From an uncultured bacterium (GTDB lineage: Bacteria > Actinomycetota > Geothermincolia > Geothermincolales > Geothermincolaceae), in assembly GCA_963765625.1 (NCBI GenBank), contig CAVXXD010000013.1:103394-167393 (forward strand): DNA of 64,000 bases, in the 5' to 3' direction. The stretch's first letter is position 1; the number at the start of each line of letters is the position of its first letter. The notes below the pieces were generated by a model. The model made no database searches. It saw nothing but the letters and a program-made list of their open reading frames with translations, and was not told the origin of the DNA. This document shows, one piece after another, positions 38,451 through 48,978 of this stretch. A program made the translations under genes and the position numbers.

Positions 38451-38471
38451 GAGTAATCACTACATAAGCAA

Positions 38472-38501
38472 GCGGCCCCCGCCGGGGCCGCTTTTCTTTT
38501 T
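38472..38501 (+). terminator. rho-independent terminator
   Basis: GCGGCCCC-CGCC-GGGGCCGC stem then TTTTCTTTTT, 22 nt after the kce stop. Confidence 0.75.
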
Positions 38502-38552
38502 GACTGAACCGGGTCCCTTCCACCTCAGCTGCTAGCTTGGTCTTGCTGGCCT

Positions 38553-39020
38553 TCACTCTCTTCTTCTGAGGATATGGATACCAAAGTGGAAGCCTAAGGC
38601 GATTATGGAGAATAGAGCAAGGGCGACTATTTCGGCCTCTAAGAGTGTAATTACTGCATCCTTTGCGGAGACATCATAAATGCTTAAGAGTAAGACCATT
38701 AAACCAACAATAAACACCTGTGATGAAATAAAGATGATTGCCAGGAGCCGTTTACTCTGTTTCTTTCTGCCTTCAATATTGATCGATTCTTCTCTTCTTG
38801 TAGCGGGAACCCCTCTCTTCAATATAAGGACAATCAATGCAACAGCACTAGCCGCTGCAACAAGGCTGAATATCTCAGAACCAAGAGTCCAGCGAAGGAC
38901 TATCGAGACAAGTATTATGATTTCGAGTGTATAAAATGCTATTTTGACCGACTTCTCTTGCGCCCCGTCTTGCTTCATCGATTTCCCCTGTTTCATTATT
39001 GAGACAACGGTTTCCATCAT
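38553..39020 (-). CDS. hypothetical membrane protein
   Basis: Four predicted TM helices; lower GC than surroundings. Confidence 0.35.
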   Translation of the reverse strand: MMETVVSIMKQGKSMKQDGAQEKSVKIAFYTLEIIILVSIVLRWTLGSEIFSLVAAASAVALIVLILKRGVPATRREESINIEGRKKQSKRLLAIIFISSQVFIVGLMVLLLSIYDVSAKDAVITLLEAEIVALALFSIIALGFHFGIHILRRRE

Positions 39021-39315
39021 TATAGCGTTAGCAAAGCATAGTTCCGGTAATCCGGCTGCCGGGCTTAAACAGGATCAGCCTGTCGCTATCAGCGTCCTTC
39101 TTCTGTATAGCCGCAGCGAGGCGAGATAGAAGACGACCAGAATACTGAGAGTCCACGCCAGCGCTGCCCACGCGCTGTCGCCAGCCGTGCCACTCGTAAG
39201 GAGCGAACCATGATCATGTATTCCATATATCAAGACCCTCTAAGTTATAATTATTTTCGGCCTGGGGACCCTGCTTACGGATTGAATACGAATCGGAAAG
39301 GAAGGGGTTCGGATC

Positions 39316-40821
39316 ATGGGTAAGAAAATCGCCATCATAGGAGCGGGCATCGCTGGCCTGTCGGCGGGCTGCTACCTCCAGATGAACGGGTACGAAACCG
39401 AGATCTTCGAACTGCACGACAAGCCGGGGGGTATCTGCACTTCGTGGACCCGCAAGGGTTATACGTTCGATGGATGCATACACTGGCTGGTAGGGACGAA
39501 AAACGGGTCCAGCTTCAACCAGGTATGGCGCGAGCTCGGCGCGCTCTCGGGAGTGCGTTGCATCAATCATGGCGAATTCACCAGGTTTGAAAATGCCGAC
39601 GGCAAGCAGCTGGTGCTCTACAACGATATCAACAGGCTGGAGAGGCACCTCAAGGAACTGTCCCCCTCTGACGCCGCAATGATCGAGGGCTTCTGCAACG
39701 ACATCCGGAAGCTGGCGAAAATCAAGATGCCGGCCGGTGAGCCCACCAACACCAGAGAGATGCTCGCGTTCTTGAAAATCCTTCCCGGCATGATGAAGCT
39801 GGTGGCCATGTTCTTGAAGAAGCGCAAGATGACCATGGAAAAGTTTCGTCAGGGCTTCAAGGACCCGTTCCTGCGCCAGTCCTTCGGCCAGCTGATGGAG
39901 ACACCGGAATTCCCCCTGATGTTCATGCTCCTCAACCTGGCCTGGATCAGCATTGGCGATGCCGGTTATCCCGAGGGAGGGTCTCTCGAGTTCGCCAGGT
40001 CTATCGAGCACAAATACCTGAGCCTGGGCGGGAAGATGTCCTACAAGTCCCGGGTGGCGGAGATTACCGTGGAAAACAGCCGAGTCACGGGTTTGAAGCT
40101 GGAGGACGGCAGCCTGCGCCCCGCTGACGTGGTCATCTCCGCGGCCGACGGGCGTTCCACCATCTTCGAGATGCTCGGCGGAAGGTACATAAACGACAAG
40201 ATCAAGGAGAGGTATCGTACCTGGAAGCTCTACGACCCGCTGGTGCAGGTATCTATCGGGGTAAAGAGGGACCTCTCGGGCGAGCCTCACTCGCTCCGCT
40301 TTCCATTGGAGAAGCCCATCGTCGTGGGCGGCGTGGAGCACTCCGGCTTGAGCTACAGCCACTACTGCTTCGATCCCACCCTCACGCCCGCGGGCAAGTC
40401 CGCGGTAGTTTCTTATCTTTCCACGGATTACGACTACTGGGAGAAGCTCTATGAGGATCGGGAGGCTTACAAGGCCGAGAAGAAGCGCATCGGCGAAGAG
40501 GTGGTCGAGGCACTCAACCGGCGCTGGCCTGGGTTTAAAGATGACGTCGAGGTCGTCGACGTGGCCTCGCCGATGACTTACGTCCGCTATACCGCCAACT
40601 GGCGCGGGAGCTACGAGGGCTGGCTCCTGAACGCAAAGAACAGCCGGTACATGATGATCGGTCTGGAGAAGAACCTCCCGGGACTCGAGGGCTTCTACCT
40701 GATCGGGCAGTGGATGCTCCCCGGCGGCGGCCTGCCGCCCGCGGCCGTACACGCTCGGGAAGTCGCCGCGTTGATCTGCAAGAAGGACGGCAAAAAGTTC
40801 ACCGCCACCAGCACCGTCTGA
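39316..40821 (+). CDS. FAD-dependent oxidoreductase, phytoene desaturase (CrtI) family
   Basis: KIAIIGAGIAGLSAGCYLQMNGYETEIFELHDKPGGICTSW dinucleotide-binding motif; about 500 aa CrtI-like. Confidence 0.7.
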   Translation: MGKKIAIIGAGIAGLSAGCYLQMNGYETEIFELHDKPGGICTSWTRKGYTFDGCIHWLVGTKNGSSFNQVWRELGALSGVRCINHGEFTRFENADGKQLVLYNDINRLERHLKELSPSDAAMIEGFCNDIRKLAKIKMPAGEPTNTREMLAFLKILPGMMKLVAMFLKKRKMTMEKFRQGFKDPFLRQSFGQLMETPEFPLMFMLLNLAWISIGDAGYPEGGSLEFARSIEHKYLSLGGKMSYKSRVAEITVENSRVTGLKLEDGSLRPADVVISAADGRSTIFEMLGGRYINDKIKERYRTWKLYDPLVQVSIGVKRDLSGEPHSLRFPLEKPIVVGGVEHSGLSYSHYCFDPTLTPAGKSAVVSYLSTDYDYWEKLYEDREAYKAEKKRIGEEVVEALNRRWPGFKDDVEVVDVASPMTYVRYTANWRGSYEGWLLNAKNSRYMMIGLEKNLPGLEGFYLIGQWMLPGGGLPPAAVHAREVAALICKKDGKKFTATSTV

Positions 40822-41028
40822 CCCATGGTATTCTATAACGAACATTCTTCATATGCCCTTCTCCTTACCAACATCATACCGTCAAGCAAGGCGACGTGAC
40901 CCTCCTGCCGTCGTGCGGCGGGAATGGGAGATGGCCTTGGCCCCGATCTTGACCAGCTTGAGCTGGATGCTCCGCAGCGACCAGGCGGACATTGAAAAAC
41001 GGGACTTAAACGTACAAGCGGCCCTACG

Positions 41029-41055
41029 GGGCCGCTTTGCCTTGGGACATGACCC
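41029..41055. terminator. terminator-like hairpin between convergent CrtI-like (+) and RLP (-) genes
   Basis: GCGGCCC-TACG-GGGCCGC followed by TTTGCCTTG. Confidence 0.45.
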
Positions 41056-41175
41056 GGGTCCCCTCCACGAGACCCGGCCGTGAATTAAACCCAAGAAAGA
41101 AGGGTCCGTCGTACAAAACATCGGGTATGGCCCGGTTTTGGTAGGCGGACCCTTCTTTCTTTCTTTTGAATTACG

Positions 41176-42478
41176 CTACGCTTTGTTCTCGTAGAAGACG
41201 CCCGTCCAGATGCCCATGGCCACGGCCAGCTCCTGGTGGTCCTTGGCGTACTCCTCCAGCGTTATGCCCTGCATGGTGGCGTCGATGGCCTGACGGAAGG
41301 CTTTAGCCCCCGCCGCCGGTCCCATGGGGTGGGCGTGCACGCCGCCGCCCGAGCCGATCATGATGTCCGGCCCCAGGTCGGCCACGCAGGTGGGTACCAT
41401 CTGCGGGGTGATGCCGCCCGAGGGCATGGGCATGGTCGGCTTGAGGTCGTGCATGGGATAGGTCATGGCGTCGGCACACGGCAGGAAGCGTTCTTTCAAG
41501 AAGGGGGCCTTGCCGTAGGGGGCGGGAAATACCACCACGTCCGCCCCGGCCAGACGGGGCAGCTTGCCCAGCACCAGGTGGGAGGACATTCCCGAGTAAT
41601 GCGATTCGTACAACGCCCCGGCACAGTCCATGTGAGCGAGGATGGGCACGTTAACCTCGTCGTCCTCGGCCAGCGCCTGCAGGGCCGGCAGGCCCACCGC
41701 CAGGTAGTTGACCATGATGGCGTTGGCGCCGGCGGCCACGGCGCGCCGGGCGGTATCGAACATCTTGGGCAGGTTGTCGGAGACGTTGACCGTATACAGA
41801 CGTGCGCTCGCCCGTCTCCTCGAACACCCGCTTCTCCAGGGCCATGTACGCCTTGACCCTGTCCTCCACCCGGTTGAACATCATGTCCGCGATAAGCTCG
41901 TCGTCCTTGACCACGTCGCAGCCGCCGCGAGCCGCCTCGTAGAAGAGGTCGGCGCCGATCTGGCAGGGGTATCCGGTGCAGGGCTTGGTCATGTTGTTGA
42001 GCAGGGGGCGGCCCTCCACTCCCAGCGCCTTGTAGATACCCTCGATGCCGAACTTGGGCCCGACGAAGCCATCGGTGAACACCTTGGGGAAGTAGATGTC
42101 CAGCAGCTTGATCTTGCCGCCCATGGAGATGTTGCCCAGCACCGCGGTGAGCAGCATGGGGATCTGGTTTTCGATGTTGCGGAAAGGGAAGGCGATCTGG
42201 ATAACGTAAGAACGCTCGTCGACCTCCTTGGGCACCTCGAACTCGTACTGGGGCACCTCGTAGACGCCGATGACCTTGGCCACGTGGGCCGCCCGCACCT
42301 CGGCGGTCTCACCCGGCACCGGGGTCCAGGTGCCGGTGGACTGCTCCACCGCCAGGAAGGGGCCGATGTAGTAGGCCAGCATCTCCCGGGGCATGGCCCC
42401 GTAATAGGTGGCCACGATGTGGTCCCCGTAGTCGATGCCCTCGGGCAGGGCCCGCGGTTCCGCCGCGAAGTTCTTCAT
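41176..42478 (-). CDS. RuBisCO large-subunit-like protein (form IV RLP or divergent form III), one frameshift near 41775
   Basis: EQSTGTWTPVP (RuBisCO ESSTGTW), TKP (K175), GGCDVVKDDE (GGLDFTKDDE with K201), MPMPSGGI (PVASGGIH). The HR pair is changed to HM(D), suggesting an RLP. Frames 41651-42478 and 41176-41763 join after a 1-nt indel. Confidence 0.6.
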
Positions 42479-42506
42479 CTCACTTACCTCCTTGTTTTTC
42501 AGCCGG

Positions 42507-44042
42507 TCAGGCCGGCTCGTTGATCTTCCTGTAGATGCCTGAAAGCTTCCGGTAGGACTTCCGGAAGGCGTCGTACAACTCGTCGTAAATCTGCCGGTTG
42601 CCCCGGTCCGGCTCGAAGGTGCGGCGCACCTTGACCACTTCTTTTAAATCCTTGTAATCGCGGTAGATATTCAGGGCCACCGCCACGGCCAGAGCGCAGC
42701 CCACCGCGCCCGCCTCCTGGGCGTCCTCCACCGCCTCGATGCGGTGGCCGGTGACGTCGGCGAAGATCTGCATCCAGGCGTCGGAGCGGGCGCCGCCGCC
42801 GATGGCCCGCACGGTGGGGCAGGGGTAGCCGGCGCTGCCCACCGCTTCCAGCAGCCAGCGGCTGTTCATGGCCACGCCCTCGTAGACAGCGCGCAGCATG
42901 TCCTCGCGGGTGTGCTCCAGACTGACGTTGAGAAAGGCGCCGCGCAGGGTGGTGTCGGTTACCGGGGAGCGCTCGCCGAACATCCACGGGGTAAAGATGA
43001 GCTTGCGCGAGCCCGCCGGCACTTGATCGATCACCTTGTCCAGAACGGCGAAGATCTCCATCTCCTTCTCGGCCTGGTCCCACTCCTCCTTGCGGCCCAG
43101 CTGCTCGGCGAACCACTTGAGGCAGGCGCCGGCCGTCTCCGTCTCCCCAATCATTAAAAAAGAAGAAGGGTCGGCCGAGGCGATGGAGGCGATGCCGTTC
43201 TTGACCAAGCTCTTGGGTTTGGCCACGCTGATGCAGAGCCAGCCCGAGGTGCCGATGCTGATGTGGGCGTCACCCTCGCCCAGGGCCCCCGAACCGGTGG
43301 CGGCGGCGGGAACGTCGCCCATGCCCCCGATCACCGGCAAGCCGGGGTGCAGGCCCATGGCCTTAGCCGCGTCGTCGTTGAGCACCCCCACCACTTCGAT
43401 GGACTTCTTCACCGGGGGGAGCTTGTCCAGGGGGATGCGCAATACCCGGCTGAGCAGGTGGGACCAGTCGCGGGTCTTGTTGTCCAGCAGGCCGGTGGCG
43501 GCGGCGTTGGTCTGGTCGATGATGATGTTGCCGGTGGAGCGGTAGACCAGGTAGCCGTTGACGTCGAGGATGGCTTTCGCCCTTTCGTAGAACTGCGGCT
43601 CTTCTTCTTTTAACCACATGATCTTGCAGATGACGTCTTTCCCGGAAGGGACGGCGCCGGCTATACGCGCCACTATCTTCTCCCCGCCCATGTGCTTGAC
43701 CAGGCGGCAGGCCTGTTCGTCGGCGCGGGAGTCGATCCAGATGATGGCCGGGCGCAGGGGCAGGCCCTTGTCGTCGATGGGCAGCACCCCCAGCATCTGG
43801 GTGGCGTAGCCGATGCCCAGCACCTCCCGGGGGTCGATCCCGGTTTCCTCCACCAGGCGGCGGGTGGACTCGGTCACCGCTCTCCACCAGTCCTCCGGGT
43901 CCTGCTCGGCCCAGGCGGGACGGCAGTAGTCGACGCAGTAGGGCTCGAAGCTGTAAGAGATTATCTTGCCCTCCAGGTCGGTGAGGACGGCCTTGCTGCC
44001 GCCCGTCCCCACGTCGTGGCTGATGATGTACTTACCCCCCAT
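42507..44042 (-). CDS. FGGY-family carbohydrate kinase (xylulokinase-like)
   Basis: HDVGTGGSKAVL N-terminal motif and FGGY C-terminal domain; 511 aa. Confidence 0.75.
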   Translation of the reverse strand: MGGKYIISHDVGTGGSKAVLTDLEGKIISYSFEPYCVDYCRPAWAEQDPEDWWRAVTESTRRLVEETGIDPREVLGIGYATQMLGVLPIDDKGLPLRPAIIWIDSRADEQACRLVKHMGGEKIVARIAGAVPSGKDVICKIMWLKEEEPQFYERAKAILDVNGYLVYRSTGNIIIDQTNAAATGLLDNKTRDWSHLLSRVLRIPLDKLPPVKKSIEVVGVLNDDAAKAMGLHPGLPVIGGMGDVPAAATGSGALGEGDAHISIGTSGWLCISVAKPKSLVKNGIASIASADPSSFLMIGETETAGACLKWFAEQLGRKEEWDQAEKEMEIFAVLDKVIDQVPAGSRKLIFTPWMFGERSPVTDTTLRGAFLNVSLEHTREDMLRAVYEGVAMNSRWLLEAVGSAGYPCPTVRAIGGGARSDAWMQIFADVTGHRIEAVEDAQEAGAVGCALAVAVALNIYRDYKDLKEVVKVRRTFEPDRGNRQIYDELYDAFRKSYRKLSGIYRKINEPA

Positions 44043-44045
44043 GCA

Positions 44046-44672
44046 TTACCCCCTCATACCCTGGTTGGACGCCAACAGGAACTGCAGACTTATCTCCATG
44101 CCCCGGCGGAGGTCGAAGGTTTCCGGGTCCTCCAGCCACTGTATCTCCATCCCCTCCACCAGCCCCAGCAGGATGCAGGCAAGGTAGTAGGAGTCCACCG
44201 GCGGCAACAGTTCTTCCTTGATGCCCTGGCTGATGATCTTCTCGAGTTCTTTCTTGGTCCGCTCGACGTAGCCAAGCAGCTGTTCGACGAACTCGGGCGA
44301 GAAAGCTTCGCGTTCCTCGGCCCGCATCTTCCAGGAGAGTTTGCAGTAATCGCGTTCGCGGTAGTAAAGGTCGATCATCCCTTCGCCCATCCAGGTGAGC
44401 TTTTCCAGCGCGGTCCCCTGGCGGCTGGATATCTCTTCCACCAGCCGCAGGATCTCCTCGTGCATCTCGCGGATGAGGGAGAAGTAGAGTTCTTCCTTGG
44501 ATTTCCAGTACCAGTAGAGGGTGCCCTTGCCGAAGCCGGCCTCCATGGCGATCTCGGCCATGGTGGCGCGGTGGTATCCCTTGGCGGAGAATATCTTGAG
44601 CGCCGCCTGCTTGAATTCCTGCTCTCTCTGGTCCTTCACGGGGTTGTTCCTGATACCCAGTGATTTGGCCAT
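44046..44672 (-). CDS. TetR/AcrR family transcriptional regulator
   Basis: N-terminal HTH (GYHRATMAEIAMEAGFGKGTLYWYW). First gene of the TetR-FGGY-RLP operon. Confidence 0.8.
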   Translation of the reverse strand: MAKSLGIRNNPVKDQREQEFKQAALKIFSAKGYHRATMAEIAMEAGFGKGTLYWYWKSKEELYFSLIREMHEEILRLVEEISSRQGTALEKLTWMGEGMIDLYYRERDYCKLSWKMRAEEREAFSPEFVEQLLGYVERTKKELEKIISQGIKEELLPPVDSYYLACILLGLVEGMEIQWLEDPETFDLRRGMEISLQFLLASNQGMRG

Positions 44673-44820
44673 GAACTGCTCCTTCGGGCTTAGACCGACC
44701 GGTTGGTCTTAGAATATCGCAGCCCGGAAGTGTTGTCAATCGCTTATGTTGTTAGAATCACTTTGGAGAAGAAATGCGGTTTCCAGTAATTACGGGAGCA
44801 GAGAGAAGAAGGTAGGCGAC

Positions 44821-45576
44821 ATGAAGGGCATAGGCCCGGACAGCCGGAAGGATAGCCTGTCCAACCGCGCCTCCCCCCTGGCCTGGGCGTGCACTGAGGC
44901 CATTTCGGCCGGGCTGATCCTGGGGTATGGCGCCCTGGCTAACCGCGTTATCCCCGGAGCATTGTACATCCCGGCCAACCTGACCGCTGCCGCTGCCGCC
45001 ATATTTCTTTTCAGCCGCCTGGGCGTGACCATGGCAGACATGGGGCTGGAGCGCAGCCGTCTGGCAAACGGACTCAAGGTAGGATTGATCTCGGCTATCC
45101 CCATCGCCGCCGTAATCGCCGCCGGGGTAGCTATCCCCTGGAGCCGTGAGTATTTTCAAGACAGCAACATCATCGGGATGAGTACCGGCAAGGCTTTGTA
45201 CGAGATGCTGGTGCGCATACCCATCGGAACCGCCTTGTCCGAGGAACTGCTCTTCCGTGGGGCGCTTCTCGGGCTCCTTCTCCAGCGCCACCGGCCCTGG
45301 GTGGCGGTGTCCTTGAGCTCAGTAGTCTTCGGGTTCTGGCATATCCTCCCGACTCTGCAGTCTCTTACCACCAACACGGCGGCATCCTCCGCCGTGGGAA
45401 CCGGGTCGGCGGCAAAGGCCGGCACGGTGGCGGGAGTGGTGGCGATAACCGCCATAGCCGGTGCGGCCTTTTCCTGGCTGCGGCTGCGCTCCGGAAGCAT
45501 CGCCGCGCCCTGGGTCGCCCACACCGCCCTTAATTCACTCTCTTTTCTCGGCGGCCGGATCGGGGCGAACTTATAG
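44821..45576 (+). CDS. CPBP family intramembrane glutamic endopeptidase (CAAX protease-like)
   Basis: SEELLFRG (EExxxR) and FGFWH (FxxxH) motifs within TM helices. Confidence 0.7.
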   Translation: MKGIGPDSRKDSLSNRASPLAWACTEAISAGLILGYGALANRVIPGALYIPANLTAAAAAIFLFSRLGVTMADMGLERSRLANGLKVGLISAIPIAAVIAAGVAIPWSREYFQDSNIIGMSTGKALYEMLVRIPIGTALSEELLFRGALLGLLLQRHRPWVAVSLSSVVFGFWHILPTLQSLTTNTAASSAVGTGSAAKAGTVAGVVAITAIAGAAFSWLRLRSGSIAAPWVAHTALNSLSFLGGRIGANL

Positions 45577-45702
45577 TGGGGCATGCCGGCTGAAAACAGG
45601 TACCTTTTCTTGTGGGCTCTTCGGACTGTAAAATAGGTGCACGTTAAAGCCTGATCGGAATGGAGTGCTTATTTTCTGGACAATAAAACGCCGGAGGGAA
45701 AA

Positions 45703-47422
45703 ATGGATTCTGAATTTCTGGAGGAGAACGAATCTGTGCCGGAACAGAGCTCTCAAGCCGAGAGCAAAAGAACATTTTGGGGCCGCCTGAAACAATATTT
45801 CAGCCGGCTGCATCATGGCGGGCTCGTTTTTGCGCTCATCTTTTTCTGCTTCTCGATGCTGCCTTCGCTCCTTCCCAGGCCGTGGTTTTTCCAGGGGCTG
45901 GTCAGTGGTATCAGCCTGGTTATCGGTTATGGCATAGGCGTTCTATTGTGCAAGACGGCCAGCTGGTTGTCACAACTCGAGCTGCCTGAGAAATTCTCAT
46001 ACTACGGCTGGAGATCATTCCTGGTGATCGGCCCCATCGTCACTATCCTCTTCTCTTACTGGGGATCCGTCTGGCAGAAGCAGGTTCACGAGCTGGTCGG
46101 GATGACCTCTCACCATTCACACCTACATGCTCCTGGCCCTTGTCCTGACAATGGTCACGGCGCTCTTGCTGCTCGGTATCGGCCGTAGCATCCGCCGGCT
46201 CGGCAGATGGATCATAGGCTTGCTCGACAGGATCCTGCCCCGGAGGATCAGTGTGGCGGCCGGTGTTCTCATCCTCATCCTGTTGCTCTGGTGGATCTAC
46301 AGCGGGATATTCGTGAACTTCTTCGAAACCACGTCCGATTATTTATATAGGAACCACAACAAGACGACGCCGGAAGGTGTCAGTCAGCCGACCTCTCCCT
46401 TACGCTCCGGAAGTCCCGATTCGCTGGTCACATGGGATACCATCGGTTATCAAGGCCAGGCTTTCGTAGGCAAGGGCCCAAGCAAGGAACAGATCAGCGA
46501 CTTTACCGGGCGGGAAGCAGAAGAACCCATCCGCATCTACGTGGGGTTGAATACGGCGCCAACGCCGGCCGACCGCGCAGCCATCGTCATTCAGGAAATG
46601 GAACGCACCAATGCTTTCGAGAGGGATGTGCTGATACTGGCAACACCAACCGGTACGGGTTGGCTGGAACGGCAGACGGTCGACGCCGTCGAGTACCTGC
46701 ACGACGGCGACACGGCGATAGTGACGCAGCAATACTCATACCTGCCGAGCTGGATCTCTTTCCTGGTCGACAAGGAGGATGCTCGTGCCTCCGGCAGAGC
46801 GCTGTTCGACGCGCTATTCCCGGTGTGGTTCAGCCTGCCCGAAGAGACGAGGCCCAAGCTGATCGCCTATGGATTGAGCCTCGGGTCTTTCGGCGGCCAG
46901 GCGGCATACAGCGGCGTAAACGACATGCGGCTATCCCTGGATGGTGCCCTGTTCGTGGGAACCCCCAACGATACCGAGCTATGGCGCGACATCACCGATA
47001 ACCGGGACCCCGGTTCCCCGGAATGGTTGCCCGTGTACGGCAATGGCACAGCCGTTCGATTTGCCGCAACCAACGACGACATCAATGAAAACCAGGAAAG
47101 CTGGCAACAGCCTCGCATACTGTATTTGCAGCATGCTTCCGATGCGGTCGTATGGTTCAGCTTCGACCTGTGGTTCAGGAAGCCCGACTGGCTTCGTGAG
47201 CAGCGCGGCCCGGACGTGTCCCCAACCATGCGATGGTATCCGTTTGTGACCTTCTTTCAGGTAGCGGTCGATCAAGCCTTAGCCGCCGCCGTGCCTAACG
47301 GCCATGGCCATAATTACTCCAATGCCATTGTTGCAGCCTGGCAGGCTGTCGTGCCGGCAGACGCATCGTTATGGCAAGAAGACGATATTGTCCGGCTGCA
47401 GGAGTACATAGACAGCTACTAG
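45703..47422 (+). CDS. Abhydrolase_9-family membrane alpha/beta hydrolase, one frameshift near 46105
   Basis: N-terminal TM domain (45703 frame) followed by the catalytic domain (46127 frame). GLSLGSFGG nucleophile elbow; architecture of PF15420 + PF10081. Confidence 0.55.
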
Positions 47423-47601
47423 GTCCGGTAAGCCCGCGCAACGATGCCGTAAACAGCCCTTCAGCTCCGCTGTTTCTTCGGAAGACTGACCCATGATGTC
47501 CATGGGAAGTCTGGCTCACCGGCAGGGAATGGTTGAGGTTCTTCCCAACAAAGGGAAACCGGTGCCCTCGAGCGAAATTTCTACCATGGAGGTGATCGAT
47601 A

Positions 47602-48129
47602 ATGGCGTACGGAAGAGATAAGGACGGTACCGTTCCCCCGCTGGAGGGGCAGGCTTATATACCCGAGGAGCAGCCGGCCGAGCAGGCCAGGATAGTCGTC
47701 GAGCCCCGCAAGCCCCATAAGAAGATCAGTTGGGTGACGGCGATGGTCGCCGGCCTGGTGGTGGTGTTCGTAGTGGCCGTACTCCTGCTGGCCACCCTTT
47801 TCACCAACTACCGGCGCGGCACCAAACTGGAGAAGGTTATCCACGGCTCCGAGAAGATCGAGGTCAACATCTATACCACCGAGGAAGCGATGCGCAACAA
47901 CAGCGTGGACCTCTTCGACTCCCAGGACAAGGTCCAGCAGGTCATCTCGGAGATGGGGGTGCCCCGCGAAAACGTCAAGGTGACCATCTACCTGACCGAC
48001 CGCATGATCGAGCCGCAGGAAGAGCCCGACACCAACGACACCAACGAAAACAACGGCACCAGTAGCAGCAACAGCAGTACAAGTAGTAGCAGCAGTAACG
48101 GCGGCGGCACCAGCAACAGCGGGCAGTAG
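47602..48129 (+). CDS. hypothetical membrane-anchored protein with Ser/Asn-rich C-terminus
   Basis: One TM helix; C-terminal low-complexity region SSSNSSTSSSSSNGGGTSNSGQ. Confidence 0.35.
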   Translation: MAYGRDKDGTVPPLEGQAYIPEEQPAEQARIVVEPRKPHKKISWVTAMVAGLVVVFVVAVLLLATLFTNYRRGTKLEKVIHGSEKIEVNIYTTEEAMRNNSVDLFDSQDKVQQVISEMGVPRENVKVTIYLTDRMIEPQEEPDTNDTNENNGTSSSNSSTSSSSSNGGGTSNSGQ

Positions 48130-48138
48130 GGGCTCGCC

Positions 48139-48978
48139 ATGCTCGCCAACATCGCCGTCGATGCTTTCGAGAAGTTCTACAACGGCCTGGTGGACAGGCT
48201 GCCGTCCATCCTCACCGCCCTGCTGGTATTCCTGGTCTTCTATATACTCTCGAGGATGGTGCGGGCGGGGACTCGCAAGGCCCTGGGCCGCCTCTCCACC
48301 ACCGCCCACGTGGACGTCCTGGTCTCGCGCATACTCGCCTACCTGACCATCGCCGTCGGCGTCATCATCGCCCTGGGGGTGCTCGGTGTCAACATGGGTG
48401 CGCTCATCGCCTCGCTGGGGCTGGTCTCGGTGGGACTTGGCTTCGCCATGAAGGACATCATCAGCAACTTCCTGGCCGGGTTCATCCTGATACTGCAGAG
48501 GTCCTACCTGGTGGGCGACTCCATCGCCGTTGGCGACGTCGAGGGGACGGTGGAAGACATCCGTATCCGCGACACCATCCTCAAGCGGGCCGACGGACGC
48601 CTGGTGTTCGTCCCCAACAACAACATCTTCACCACCGCCGTCACCAACAACACGGCGGCCGGCCACCGCCGCAACGAGATTACGCTGCCGGTGCGCTACC
48701 GGGTGGACGTGGACAAGGCAGTCGAGCTGATCGCCTCATCCCTGGCGGGTGTGGAAGGAATCCTCCCCGACCCGGCCTGCAAGGTGGGGGTGGAAGAAGT
48801 GAAAGAAGACCTTCTACAGGTTAAGGTGGTCTACTGGACTGAGCTGGATACCGACGCTTTCGAGGTGAAGAACAGTGCCATCCTGGCTCTCACCCACGAC
48901 CTGGCGGCCGCGGGTTACTCCACCTGCGAGGTTCCGGCAGAGCCCTCCGAGCCCTCCGAGCCCTCCGAATCATCTTGA
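48139..48978 (+). CDS. mechanosensitive ion channel (MscS family)
   Basis: Three TM helices then MscS beta-domain (DVEGTVEDIRIRDTILKRADGRLVFVPNNNIF); C-terminal PSEPSEPSE repeat. Confidence 0.7.
   Translation: MLANIAVDAFEKFYNGLVDRLPSILTALLVFLVFYILSRMVRAGTRKALGRLSTTAHVDVLVSRILAYLTIAVGVIIALGVLGVNMGALIASLGLVSVGLGFAMKDIISNFLAGFILILQRSYLVGDSIAVGDVEGTVEDIRIRDTILKRADGRLVFVPNNNIFTTAVTNNTAAGHRRNEITLPVRYRVDVDKAVELIASSLAGVEGILPDPACKVGVEEVKEDLLQVKVVYWTELDTDAFEVKNSAILALTHDLAAAGYSTCEVPAEPSEPSEPSESS

Noticed and set aside
41176-42478. Calling the RuBisCO homolog a bona fide CO2-fixing RuBisCO
   Set aside because: The conserved H-R pair appears changed to H-M/D and no phosphoribulokinase is nearby. Retained K175/K201/D203/E204 keep a form III-like enzyme possible, so it is reported as RLP with moderate confidence instead.
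47423-47601. Possible cobalamin riboswitch (AGGGAAACCGGTGCC)
   Set aside because: Only the AGGGAA-N-GGTG fragment is present. No B12 box (GCCACTG) or the rest of the about 200-nt architecture; region too short.
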